Source of the DNA: a bacterium UBP13_UBA5359
GTDB taxonomy: Bacteria; UBP13; UBA5359
Assembly (NCBI GenBank): GCA_002410925.1
Contig: DHPR01000008.1
Location: forward strand, 1 to 40,287
Direction: 5' to 3'
DNA: 40,287 bases
Made by a program: the position numbers and the translations under genes. Numbering within the stretch: the first letter of the stretch is position 1; every line of letters begins with the position of its first letter. Of the stretch, positions 11,001 through 19,421 are shown one piece after another. The notes below the pieces were generated by a model, which was not told where the DNA came from, ran no database searches, and saw nothing but the letters and a program-made list of their open reading frames with translations.

Positions 11001-11760
11001 CGAGCTGCTCTCCGAGGAGCGGGGCAAGATAGAGCTGTTGGAAGGAGAACGGCAAAAAGGAATTACCGACCGGTCGCAAGAGGAGCTTGATCGGGCTCTG
11101 ATTAAACTGGTCGCCGACCAGAAGGAGCTTCAACAGGACATTGGCGGCATCCGGCAGAGACTCAAAGATAATGAAAAGCTGAAGGAAGAGCAGCAGGGCA
11201 GATTACGGGCTATCAAGCTGCAACAGAGAGAGTGCTCACGGTGGGATTTGCTGCATGAAATAATCGGTTCGGCCGATGGCAAAAAATACCGTAATTTCGT
11301 TCAGGGCTTGACTCTTGAGATGGTGACCTCTTATGCCAACCGGCAGCTGCAGAAGATGACCGATCGCTATCTGCTGATTCGGGATGAGACCCAACCTTTG
11401 GAGCTCGATGTTATCGATAATTATCAGGCAGGAGAGATCCGGTCCACCAAGAATCTCTCCGGTGGCGAGAGCTTCATTGTCAGCCTCTCATTGGCGCTTG
11501 GCCTCTCTCACATGGCCGGTAAAAATATTCGAGTCGATTCTCTATTCCTGGATGAGGGCTTCGGCATGCTGGATGAAGAAGCCTTGGACACGGCGCTTGA
11601 AACTCTCGCCGGCCTGCAGCAGGATGGCAAATTAATCGGTATGATTTCACATGTGCCGGCTCTCAAAGAGCGTATCGGCACTCAAATCCAGGTTATTCCT
11701 CAAACGGGAGGAAGAAGCAGGATTTCAGGCCCGGGGTGCAGGAAGTGCCCGGTCGATTGA
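8080..11760 (+). CDS. sbcC: Exonuclease SbcCD subunit C (Rad50-like ATPase)
   Basis: Walker A GPTGAGKS, long coiled coil, Zn-hook CPLCGS, signature LSGGE, Walker B LFLDEGFG. Confidence 0.95.
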   Translation: MRILQVRFKNLNSLAGEWEIDFMHPSFTADGIFAITGPTGAGKSTILDALCLALYGRTPRLHKVTKSGNEIMSRQTGECYAEVIFETQTGRYRCHWSQRRAHKKPDGELQSPKHEMADDASGRIFEAKIRGVAEQIEAVTGMDFDQFTRSMLLAQGGFAAFLQAAPDERAPILEQITGTEIYSKISVRVHERRFDERKKLDMLQAELAGMQLLGEDEELQLNTGLEQKIRQDEELNEQISMKNRAIAWLGGIIRLEAEIRELQLQKQAWQSRQDAFAPEQGRLGRAIQALELAGEYAGLISIRQEQENDRHDHKECLEIFSGCERDVKQAKEAMKEVSGRLGAVKAKQKEALPVIRKVLELDLKIRAKEDPVKAAEEAIAEQQSSLDRLRSGQNKDCADLEDKQKDFAELLKKLGETKADEGLVEYLAGIGEKADALKNLHRQHNDTIEEINKAEGQAARAKQLWKEEAGNLEKEERALLSRRKELAQKQEELRHILQDRELSSWHDSVSSLAAQNVLIDKGNEAAQILVKSREAIDKLTKDREALNNKKSFIEEQHRALAEKKGLQARELSLLERELFLLKKIEDFKEARRQLQDGRYCPLCGSREHPFAEGNIPVPDEMEQQLGTARADLERTNEAIAELMVTQAEVNKDIEQALAGQRECSEKAFEAELLIARICSELFLDAAAIDPGEKLKQLRIENEKELKHAVGIVQGVEGMEKKINELREALDKAKEEVTKAEHKTQTALHGMDSVAQLLERLRKEAKRLLSQQEESVNILQRDISGYGVQITSLDSLDYIQEQLTARRDQWVLRRQQKMELEQKIGALDMRTRHQAELMRGSEAEIRKQRELLDTMLREQESLRRERYEVFGDRNPEAEEERLAKAVEAAEKELETARQEVEARTRTFSELKSKIEELEKSIDKRDAKLKPAEEAFQKRLEGLGFIDEEDFAAASLPEEERNALAQKARALADEKTELLSEERGKIELLEGERQKGITDRSQEELDRALIKLVADQKELQQDIGGIRQRLKDNEKLKEEQQGRLRAIKLQQRECSRWDLLHEIIGSADGKKYRNFVQGLTLEMVTSYANRQLQKMTDRYLLIRDETQPLELDVIDNYQAGEIRSTKNLSGGESFIVSLSLALGLSHMAGKNIRVDSLFLDEGFGMLDEEALDTALETLAGLQQDGKLIGMISHVPALKERIGTQIQVIPQTGGRSRISGPGCRKCPVD

Positions 11761-11800
11761 TACTCCTCGCATATGGTATCCATTTCAGCCTACCGGGGGC

Positions 11801-11829
11801 TTGACTCCCCGCCTTTGCCGTGTTACTAT
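11801..11829 (+). promoter_or_regulatory. Sigma70-type promoter of the prepilin-metal ABC operon
   Basis: TTGACT-17 bp-TACTAT with an extended -10 TG. Confidence 0.65.
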
Positions 11830-11925
11830 TCTTAAATTGGTGTTACAACGCATCGGAGAGTATTTGCAGAACAATTTGATAGAATGCAGGAAGATCGTGT
11901 TAACGATTATGCGCAGGAGGATAAA

Positions 11926-12699
11926 ATGATATCAAAACCGCATATACGACGGCAGAACGAGAGGATATCGGGGCTTTGTGAATATGGCAGGGTGCGTAGA
12001 AGGGGGTTGCCGGGCAGGGGCTTTACGCTGATCGAACTTTTGGTAACAATAGCGATCATATCTATACTGGCTGCTATCCTCTTTCCTGTCCTGGCGCAGG
12101 CCAGGGATAAGGCCAGGGCGGCTACCTGCCAGAGCAACTTGAAGCAGCTTGGATTGGCGTTTGAAATGTACTCTATGGATTATGATGAGACTTATCCTTG
12201 CAATCCGCAGTGGAAGGGACGTCTGGATTCTTATGTGAAAAACAAGGAGATTTACAAATGCCCGAATCGAACGGAGTTCCCATGGCATTATGGACAAGGT
12301 TATAATGTCGGCTGTGCTTCGGCCAGCCCGGCCGTGCCTGGCTTTGCAGGGGCAAGCGCGGCGGCTGTCGTCAATCCTGCCGATAAGATATTGGTGGCTG
12401 AATGGGGCGCTCCTGCTACCGGAGTGGGCGGTTGCAATGCCGGACCTCCCTGTGGCCCCACCGGCTTGCTGGGCGGAGGTTCCACCAGTCACTGGGCTGT
12501 CTGCCGGACGCATTCCGGCGGCTCCAATCTGCTTTTCGGCGACGGACATGTGGCCTGGCTTAAGCCGGATATCTATCATAGCAATACCGACCATATCGAT
12601 AATAACGGCCAGCCTGTCGTCTCCGGCGGCGGGGAAGCGGTGGCTGTGCCGGAGAGCACCTGGCGTAAATACTGGGATACGAGTTACGGAGGAATATAG
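11926..12699 (+). CDS. Prepilin-type N-terminal cleavage/methylation protein (DUF1559-like, C-terminal H-X9-DG motif)
   Basis: [32 protein letters not shown]...CQSNLKQLG and [23 protein letters not shown]. Confidence 0.9.
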   Translation: MISKPHIRRQNERISGLCEYGRVRRRGLPGRGFTLIELLVTIAIISILAAILFPVLAQARDKARAATCQSNLKQLGLAFEMYSMDYDETYPCNPQWKGRLDSYVKNKEIYKCPNRTEFPWHYGQGYNVGCASASPAVPGFAGASAAAVVNPADKILVAEWGAPATGVGGCNAGPPCGPTGLLGGGSTSHWAVCRTHSGGSNLLFGDGHVAWLKPDIYHSNTDHIDNNGQPVVSGGGEAVAVPESTWRKYWDTSYGGI

Positions 12700-12702
12700 G
12701 GT

Positions 12703-13551
12703 ATGAAGCGCATCAGAGCTGCACTGGGGATAGCAGCGGCACTCTTCCTGTTGACCGTAATCTTTATCCGATTTGAAGAACGGGCGGCCGGGCTTAACGT
12801 AACGGCTACCACTACCATGATGCGGGCGGCCATCAACGATATAGGTGGAGAACGAGTAAAAGTGAACGTGCTTATCCCGGGAGGGAGTTGCCCCGGGCAC
12901 TATGATATCAGGCCGGGCGATATCCGGACACTGAAGCAAAGTGCCCTCTTCTTTACGCACGATTATGAGGGATTCGTGCCGCGCTTGTGCGCTGCCGCAA
13001 AGCTACCGGAATCACGGGTGATGCGGATACCGGTGTCAGAGAACTGGCAATTGCCGGATGTATATGTCAGGGCAGCGCAGGCGGTTGCCGCCGCTCTATC
13101 CAAAGTGGATGCTGCCGGGCGCTCGGAGTATCTGCAACATTTGAAAGCGGTGCAAGATAAAGCCGGCGCTGTTGAGGCCGAAATTCGCAAGCAGGCCCAA
13201 AGAGAGGATTTTGGCAGCGTCGCTGTAATCTGCTCCGAGCAACAGGCTGCTGTGCTGCGCTGGATGGGGTTCAAAGTAGCGGCCGTCTACGGCAGGCCGG
13301 AGGAGTTTACACCGTCGGGAATGCACCATCTTGTCAGGATGGGTAAGGATAAAAAGGTTGAACTGGTGGTTGATAATCTGCAAAGCGGGCCTGCCGCCGG
13401 TAGAGAATTGGCTCGGGAGCTCGGAGCCCGGCATCTTCTTCTATCCAATTTTCCGGACGGCTTTGATAATACCGAGACATGGGAGAGGACTGTGCTGGAG
13501 AATATGAAGCGCATCGTGACGGCGCTGGGCGGGCGCAAAGATGGGAAATGA
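12703..13551 (+). CDS. Metal ABC transporter substrate-binding protein (ZnuA/TroA-like, atypical ligands)
   Basis: N-terminal hydrophobic segment, VTATTT...IGGERVKV.VLIPGGSCPGHYD, and operon position before the ATPase and ABC-3 permease. Confidence 0.8.
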   Translation: MKRIRAALGIAAALFLLTVIFIRFEERAAGLNVTATTTMMRAAINDIGGERVKVNVLIPGGSCPGHYDIRPGDIRTLKQSALFFTHDYEGFVPRLCAAAKLPESRVMRIPVSENWQLPDVYVRAAQAVAAALSKVDAAGRSEYLQHLKAVQDKAGAVEAEIRKQAQREDFGSVAVICSEQQAAVLRWMGFKVAAVYGRPEEFTPSGMHHLVRMGKDKKVELVVDNLQSGPAAGRELARELGARHLLLSNFPDGFDNTETWERTVLENMKRIVTALGGRKDGK

Positions 13552-14272
13552 TGCTTACAGCATTTTGATAAAGGATATCTGCACGGCATATCACGGTTTG
13601 CCGGTGTTGGAGAGCTTCTCACTGCAGGTGCCGGAGGGGGAACTGCTGGGAGTGTTCGGGCCGAACGGAACGGGTAAGAGCACGCTAATAAAGGTCTGTC
13701 TGGGTTTGGTGCCGGTGGCATCGGGCGAAGTAAGGATATCCGGTTACAGGATGAGCAGAGAGGGCATATCCTTTATTAGAAAATTGACCGCTTATGTGCC
13801 ACAGAGCTTTGATGTCGACAGACGAATGCCGGTGACGGCCGGAGAAGTAGTGATGATGGGGCGTTTCGGCCGGATGGGCCTTTTCAATCGGATTGGCCCG
13901 GGCGATCAAGCCGCCGCCGACGATGCGCTGAATATGCTTGGCGTTAAGCATCTGGCCGGGCGGACTTTCGGCAGGCTTTCCGGTGGTGAAAAACAGCGGG
14001 TGATCGTTGCACGTGCTCTGGCGCAGGAGCCGAAAATATTATTGATGGATGAGCCTACTAATTCGCTCGATTGGGAGTCAAAGAAAAGGATATGCTCTCT
14101 GATACGCGAAGTACATGTGGAGCGAAAGCTGACCACTCTCATCGTGTCGCATGATATTGATCTGCTGGCCGATACATGTGATCGTATCATGCTGATGGAG
14201 CGGGGACATATTATCGGTGCAAGGGATCCATCGGAGTTCAGACACTGTTGCCGCGGGCAGAGGCATTCTTGA
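13541..14272 (+). CDS. Metal ABC transporter ATP-binding protein (ZnuC-like)
   Basis: GPNGTGKST, YVPQ, LSGGEKQRV, LLMDEP, VSHD. Confidence 0.92.
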   Translation: MGNDAYSILIKDICTAYHGLPVLESFSLQVPEGELLGVFGPNGTGKSTLIKVCLGLVPVASGEVRISGYRMSREGISFIRKLTAYVPQSFDVDRRMPVTAGEVVMMGRFGRMGLFNRIGPGDQAAADDALNMLGVKHLAGRTFGRLSGGEKQRVIVARALAQEPKILLMDEPTNSLDWESKKRICSLIREVHVERKLTTLIVSHDIDLLADTCDRIMLMERGHIIGARDPSEFRHCCRGQRHS

Positions 14273-14308
14273 TGTATAATAGAAATTGATGAAAGAGAAA
14301 GGATCCGA

Positions 14309-15259
14309 TTGACGGTGCTGGAACTGCTTCAGGACGATTTTATGCGGCATGCTATTCTGGCTACTTTTCTGGCCGGGGTGACCTGCTCCTGCGTGGGGGT
14401 GCTTGTAGTTACCATGCGAATTTCCTTTATAGGCGTCTGCATGTCGCATGCAGCCTTTGCCGGAGCGCTTCTGGGGATTATCCTGGGTTTAAATCCTACA
14501 GTTGTGGCCCTGATATTTACTCTTCTTGCGGCTGCCGCACTCGGCCCGCTTGCTGATAGGGGTAATTTTAGTCCGGATACTTCACTGGGCATAATTTTCT
14601 CTTCTACCCTTGGAATAGCCTTTCTGCTGCTCAGCCTTGTGCCCGGTCCCAAGACCGAGGCCTTAGGATTGCTATGGGGCAATGTTCTTACGGTTGGAAA
14701 AATAGATATTATTATCCTGGCTGCGGTCGCGTTGGCCATAATCGTGCTGTTGAGGCTGTTTTTTAAAGAGGTTCAAACGGTGGTTTTTAACCGGGAGATG
14801 GCTCTGGCTTCCGGCATTCCGGCCACTGCCGTATTCTACGGTATCCTTATCTGCAGCGGGCTGACGACAGTGGCCTCTCTTAATGCCATCGGCGGACTGC
14901 TGGTGTTCAGTTTAATCATCAATCCCGCCGCTGCCGCCTATCAAATAGCTTCTGATCTGCGCAGCATGTTTTTTATATCCGCCTTGTTCGGAGTGCTGTC
15001 GGGATGGGGTGGCCTATGGCTTTCATATCTGCTCAACTTACCCAGCGGAGCACTGATTATTCTATGCTCGACACTGCTCTTTTTTGGTGCGGTCGCCTTT
15101 TCATCTAAAAAGCGTTCGTGGCCTGCAAAAGCTGTGAGCGACGAGCCGAGATCTGAAATTTGTCAAGGAGGCAAGCTTAACCCTGAAGCAGGCTTGCAGG
15201 GCAAGCCTGAAAACGATAGCCGGCAACCGTGTTCTAAGAGCGCATTAATGGAGGAGTGA
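14309..15259 (+). CDS. Metal ABC transporter permease (ZnuB/ABC-3)
   Basis: Multiple TM helices; SHAAFAG, LLWGNVL, GGLLVFSLIINPAAAA. Confidence 0.92.
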   Translation: MTVLELLQDDFMRHAILATFLAGVTCSCVGVLVVTMRISFIGVCMSHAAFAGALLGIILGLNPTVVALIFTLLAAAALGPLADRGNFSPDTSLGIIFSSTLGIAFLLLSLVPGPKTEALGLLWGNVLTVGKIDIIILAAVALAIIVLLRLFFKEVQTVVFNREMALASGIPATAVFYGILICSGLTTVASLNAIGGLLVFSLIINPAAAAYQIASDLRSMFFISALFGVLSGWGGLWLSYLLNLPSGALIILCSTLLFFGAVAFSSKKRSWPAKAVSDEPRSEICQGGKLNPEAGLQGKPENDSRQPCSKSALMEE

Positions 15260-15262
15260 CAA

Positions 15263-15868
15263 TTGAAGCATAGTAAATTTTTCGATAATCTGGCTGAGAA
15301 ATGGGATGCCATGGAGCGGGAAGATATAGGGCGGCGTCTGTCCAGAGTGGTGGCGGAGGCGGCTGTTCATCCCGGACAGCATATTCTGGATGTAGGTACG
15401 GGAACGGGTGTTCTTATACCTTATTTGCTGGAAGCTATGCAGGAGGAGGGGCATATCCTGGCGATAGATATATCTTCAGGTATGCTGGAGGTGGCCGGCC
15501 GCAAAGCCTTTCCTGCCAATGTCGATTTTTTGCAGGCAGATATAGCGGAGAGCGGATTGCCGGAGAACCGATATGACCGGATATTCTGCAATGCGGTTTT
15601 TCCGCACTTTACCGATAAATCGAAGGCTCTATCGGAGATACGGCGTTTGCTGAAGCCTGGCGGAAGGCTGGTAATTTCACATCCCATCGGCCGGGAGGCG
15701 GTAAACAGCTTGCATCAGGGTGCCGGCGGGGTGGTAGCGGAGGATAGGGTGCCGTCGGCGCAGGTGATGATCTCTCTGCTTGAGGCGGCAGGAATGATTG
15801 ATGTACTGGTTGTCGATGAACCGAATTTTCATCTGGTGCTTGGTGATAAAGCGGTCGCCGGCAGTTAA
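15263..15868 (+). CDS. Class I SAM-dependent methyltransferase
   Basis: ILDVGTGTG motif I, AIDIS..ML, LKPGGRL. Confidence 0.9.
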   Translation: MKHSKFFDNLAEKWDAMEREDIGRRLSRVVAEAAVHPGQHILDVGTGTGVLIPYLLEAMQEEGHILAIDISSGMLEVAGRKAFPANVDFLQADIAESGLPENRYDRIFCNAVFPHFTDKSKALSEIRRLLKPGGRLVISHPIGREAVNSLHQGAGGVVAEDRVPSAQVMISLLEAAGMIDVLVVDEPNFHLVLGDKAVAGS

Positions 15869-15874
15869 CGGCGT

Positions 15875-15903
15875 TTGCTCCTTGCATCTATTTACGCTAT
15901 AAT
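15875..15903 (+). promoter_or_regulatory. Sigma70-type promoter of the Ehr operon
   Basis: TTGCTC-17 bp-TATAAT. Confidence 0.55.
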
Positions 15904-16015
15904 AAACGTTGTTCGGGTGTGCAAACTTAAAACACTCTAAACGACAGGACGTGCAAGTAGTCGCCTATCCATTGTACGGGGCGAGTTATCGCTTGTATGT
16001 TGGGATAGGTAAGGT

Positions 16016-17815
16016 ATGTCTTTCATTCCATGGTTCCTCGGCGATGCGGGGTTTACCTTTACGGTAGATCCTTTGAGCTGCTGGTTTCTGGCTATTATAG
16101 GTGCGGCCGGTCTTCCGGTCCTGATATTTGCTCCCGGCTATCTGCAACATCTGCGCCATCGTGTTTCACTCAATCTGGTATGGGTTGCTCTGATTCTATT
16201 GATGATCAGCATGGCGGGAGTGGTAATGGCGGCCAATGCCATACTCTTTTTGGTAGCCTGGGAAGTTATGTCTCTCTCTTCCTTTGCTCTGGTTACTGCT
16301 GATCATGAGCAGCGTGACAACCGCCGTGCCGCAATTATTTATCTGGGCGCAACACGGGCAGGTACGGCCTTTCTGATGATCGGGTTTCTCTGGACGCATC
16401 ATCTTACCGGCAGCTGGGTTTTCTCCGAATGGAGTGTTTCCGGGGCGGCGGCCCTGGTTCCCGCTCTGCTGATCTTTGTCGGACTGGCGACCAAGGCCGG
16501 ATGCTGGCCTTTTCATTTGTGGTTGCCCATCGCTCATCCGGCCGCACCGGCGCCGGTATCTGCACTTATGAGTGGCGTTATGATAAAGACGGCTATTTAT
16601 GCCATGATACGGCTTTTTATCCTGGATAACCACTTTGTTCTTCCTCTTCTTGGACCTATCCTGTTGATTCTGGGTGCGATATCTGCCTTTTGGGGGGTTA
16701 TCTTTGCTCTGCTGCAGCATGACCTTAAACGTTTGCTGGCTTATCATAGTGTGGAGAATATCGGCATCATTCTCATGGGGCTGGGTGTGTCGCTTCTTGG
16801 ACAGCGGTATCATCTTCCTTTGCTGGAGCAGCTCGGCCTGGCGGCGGCATTGTTTCATACGCTCAATCACGCCATTTTCAAGAGCTTGCTCTTTCTGGGG
16901 GCGGGTGCAGTGGATGCCTGCACGCATTTACGGGACATCGAAAAACTCGGTGGTCTGGTTCATCGCATGCCATGGACTACGGGAGCCTTTGTAGCGGGCA
17001 GCGCCGCCATTTGTGCTCTGCCGCCGCTTAACGGCTTTGCCAGCGAATGGCTGCTTTATCAGGGATTTTTCAACTTGGCCATGGATGCTCCGTCTGCCGG
17101 GTTGCGGTTTGGAGCTCTCTTGCTGATGGGATGGCTGGCGCTCGTTGGCGCTCTGGCTATCGCCTGCTTTGTCAAGGCTGTGGGCGTGGTCTTCCTGGGC
17201 AGCCCGCGCAGCCGGCGGGCTGCACGGGCCACGGAGGCCGGCAGAGGAATGGTTGTTGCTCAGGTGTTGCCGGCATTGATGTGTATCGCTCTCGGGGTGG
17301 CTGCTCCCGCTGTCCTGGGCCAGTTGGGCAGGATAACATCCCGGCTTGGTGATCCATCACCGCTTTATCATGCCTGGACAATTCCGCTTGCACTTATTGC
17401 TCTCCTGTTAGCCTGCACTGCAGGAGGCTTAGCTATGTGGATGGCGGCCTTGTCCCGTTTGCTTCCGGCCCGGCGATTTATAACCTGGGAATGCGGCTTC
17501 GGTAATCTGGGGCCAAGAACGCAGTATACGGCAACCAGTTTTGCCCAGCCGATCTCGCGTATCTTCGGTGCGGTCTACAGCTACACGGTAGATATCAATG
17601 TCAAGGGGCGAAATCGTCGTTATTTCCCTGATAAAGTTACGGCTGAAACTGCACATGAAGCATATCTGGAAACAAAGGTGTATACGCCGTTGCTGCAGAG
17701 CATCAAGCGGATGGCAGGTATCTTTCTTATGCGTTTGCAAGCAGGCAGCATACATCAATACCTTATATATATGGCGCTGATGCTGGGATTATTGCTCTGG
17801 GTGGGGGTGAGTTGA
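16016..17815 (+). CDS. hyfB: Ehr/hydrogenase-4-like antiporter subunit (HyfB-like)
   Basis: WEVMSL, KAGCWPFHLWLP.AHPAAPAPVSALMSG, KRLLAYHSVENIG, HAIFKSLLF, PPLNGFASEW, TWECG. Confidence 0.88.
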   Translation: MSFIPWFLGDAGFTFTVDPLSCWFLAIIGAAGLPVLIFAPGYLQHLRHRVSLNLVWVALILLMISMAGVVMAANAILFLVAWEVMSLSSFALVTADHEQRDNRRAAIIYLGATRAGTAFLMIGFLWTHHLTGSWVFSEWSVSGAAALVPALLIFVGLATKAGCWPFHLWLPIAHPAAPAPVSALMSGVMIKTAIYAMIRLFILDNHFVLPLLGPILLILGAISAFWGVIFALLQHDLKRLLAYHSVENIGIILMGLGVSLLGQRYHLPLLEQLGLAAALFHTLNHAIFKSLLFLGAGAVDACTHLRDIEKLGGLVHRMPWTTGAFVAGSAAICALPPLNGFASEWLLYQGFFNLAMDAPSAGLRFGALLLMGWLALVGALAIACFVKAVGVVFLGSPRSRRAARATEAGRGMVVAQVLPALMCIALGVAAPAVLGQLGRITSRLGDPSPLYHAWTIPLALIALLLACTAGGLAMWMAALSRLLPARRFITWECGFGNLGPRTQYTATSFAQPISRIFGAVYSYTVDINVKGRNRRYFPDKVTAETAHEAYLETKVYTPLLQSIKRMAGIFLMRLQAGSIHQYLIYMALMLGLLLWVGVS

Positions 17816-18738
17816 TGAATTCGCTCTTTTTGCCTCTATTTCATCTTATAAATCTCCTCCTCCTGCCGCTGTTGCTGATGGGGATAATTCGTAAAGTTAA
17901 GGCGGTTATGCAGAACCGTACCGGTGCGCCGTTGCTACAGCCCTTCTATGATATGGCAAAATTCATTCGCAAGGCGGAAACTATCAGCGGGAATGCCGGT
18001 TGGATATTTGTCTGGGCCCCACGTGTGGGATTGGCGGTAGCGGTTATAGCGGCAATCCTGGTGCCCTGGGCCGGCGTGCTGCTGCCGCCCGGCTGGGCGC
18101 CCGCAACCAATTTCCTGCTGATGCTTTATCTGCTGACTTTAGGTAAATTTTTTACTATGCTGGCGGCGCTTGATACCGGCTCTGCTTTTGGCGGATTGGG
18201 AGCCAGCCGGGAAGCCACCATTTCCATGTTAGCAGAGCCTGCCCTTATCATTGCTCTCGGTGCGCTTGCGCTGGGAGCAGGAAGCACCGATCTGATGACT
18301 ATCTACTCTTCTCCGGCCAGCCCTTTTATTGCTCTTCTGGCGGGAGCAGGTCTGGTAATAACGGCATTGGCAGAGCTTTCACGAATGCCGGTGGATGACC
18401 CTACCACTCATCTGGAATTGACCATGGTGCATGAAGCGATGATTCTGGAATACAGCGGACGCAGCCTGGCGATGATAGAATATGCAACGGCATTGCGTGC
18501 ATGCATATTCTTCGGCCTGGCTGTACAGACTCTTCTGCAGGCCTGGCCGGCTTTTCATGCTTTGCCTTTGCTCTTGCATTATGCTGCAAGCCTGTTAGGG
18601 CTGGTGATGCTGGGTATATCGGTTGCTGTGGCGGAAGGCATCCTGGTGAAGCTAAAGTGGCGAAGTGTGCCTAATTTTTTAACCTTTGCCGTAGTGTTAA
18701 GCCTATTGGCTGCTGTGATTGCGGCTGTTCAATCTTAG
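17815..18738 (+). CDS. hyfC: Ehr/hydrogenase-4-like membrane subunit (HyfC/HycD, NuoH-like)
   Basis: RKVKA.MQNR.G.PLLQP, DTGSAFGGLGASRE, RMPVDDPTTHLELTMVHEAMILEYSG. Confidence 0.88.
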   Translation: MNSLFLPLFHLINLLLLPLLLMGIIRKVKAVMQNRTGAPLLQPFYDMAKFIRKAETISGNAGWIFVWAPRVGLAVAVIAAILVPWAGVLLPPGWAPATNFLLMLYLLTLGKFFTMLAALDTGSAFGGLGASREATISMLAEPALIIALGALALGAGSTDLMTIYSSPASPFIALLAGAGLVITALAELSRMPVDDPTTHLELTMVHEAMILEYSGRSLAMIEYATALRACIFFGLAVQTLLQAWPAFHALPLLLHYAASLLGLVMLGISVAVAEGILVKLKWRSVPNFLTFAVVLSLLAAVIAAVQS

Positions 18739-18776
18739 CATAGCCGAGCCTGGAGAATAACAGAGGAGAAAATCGA

Positions 18777-19421
18777 ATGAACCTTTCACAGATAGATATA
18801 TTGGCGGCAGGTGTTGCTGTGCTGGCTGTTTGGATGTGCGGAGTAACACGCCTGAAGATGCAGGTATGGGGCTTGAGCGGCCAGACAGTGCTCTTGTCCG
18901 GTATTTGTGTGCTGCTGGGGCGGGAAGAGGCTGCGACGGGGATGTTTATTCTGGCGCTGGTGGTATTTTCCATCAAAGCGGTCGGCATTCCGGTCTTTCT
19001 CAGTAAAGCAGCTGAACGCATGGATATCACACGGGACAGAGGCATTTATAATAACTCTACGCAAGCTCTGCTGATGGGATGCGGATTATTGATTCTGGGG
19101 TATTTTATGACGCCTAAAGTTGCTGTTCCAACGATGATGAATCAAGGGACGGCCGGTATGTCTCTGGCGCTGATCTTTATAGGTATGCTGCTGATGGTTA
19201 CACGACGATTGGCACTCAGCCAGGTTGTTGGATTTCTCACCATGGAGAACGGTATCTTTCTCTACGGTCTTACTCAGACAAGCGGTATGCCGCTGTTGAT
19301 GGAAATGGGGATTCTCTTTGAGGCGCTTGTCGGTGTGCTGATAGCCGGTTTGGTCATGTTCAGAATCAACCGCAGCTTTGAGCACATCGATGTTACCGAT
19401 ATGAGGGGGTTACGTCATTGA
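18777..19421 (+). CDS. hyfE: Ehr/hydrogenase-4-like subunit HyfE
   Basis: KAVGIP, QVVGFLTMENGIFL, MPLLMEMG; operon position. Confidence 0.85.
   Translation: MNLSQIDILAAGVAVLAVWMCGVTRLKMQVWGLSGQTVLLSGICVLLGREEAATGMFILALVVFSIKAVGIPVFLSKAAERMDITRDRGIYNNSTQALLMGCGLLILGYFMTPKVAVPTMMNQGTAGMSLALIFIGMLLMVTRRLALSQVVGFLTMENGIFLYGLTQTSGMPLLMEMGILFEALVGVLIAGLVMFRINRSFEHIDVTDMRGLRH

Noticed and set aside
8116-11133. Several long minus-strand ORFs (431, 297 and 339 aa)
   Set aside because: Antisense to the sbcC coiled coil; Leu/Phe/Ser-rich artefacts of codon bias.
6839-11760. SMC-based defence system (Wadjet/Lamassu)
   Set aside because: Ordinary SbcD nuclease plus Zn-hook SbcC pair with no accessory defence genes.
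15868-16060. Fluoride riboswitch upstream of the hyf-like operon
   Set aside because: The GGCGATG-like string at ~16040 is inside the CDS and the downstream GCTGATGAC element is missing.
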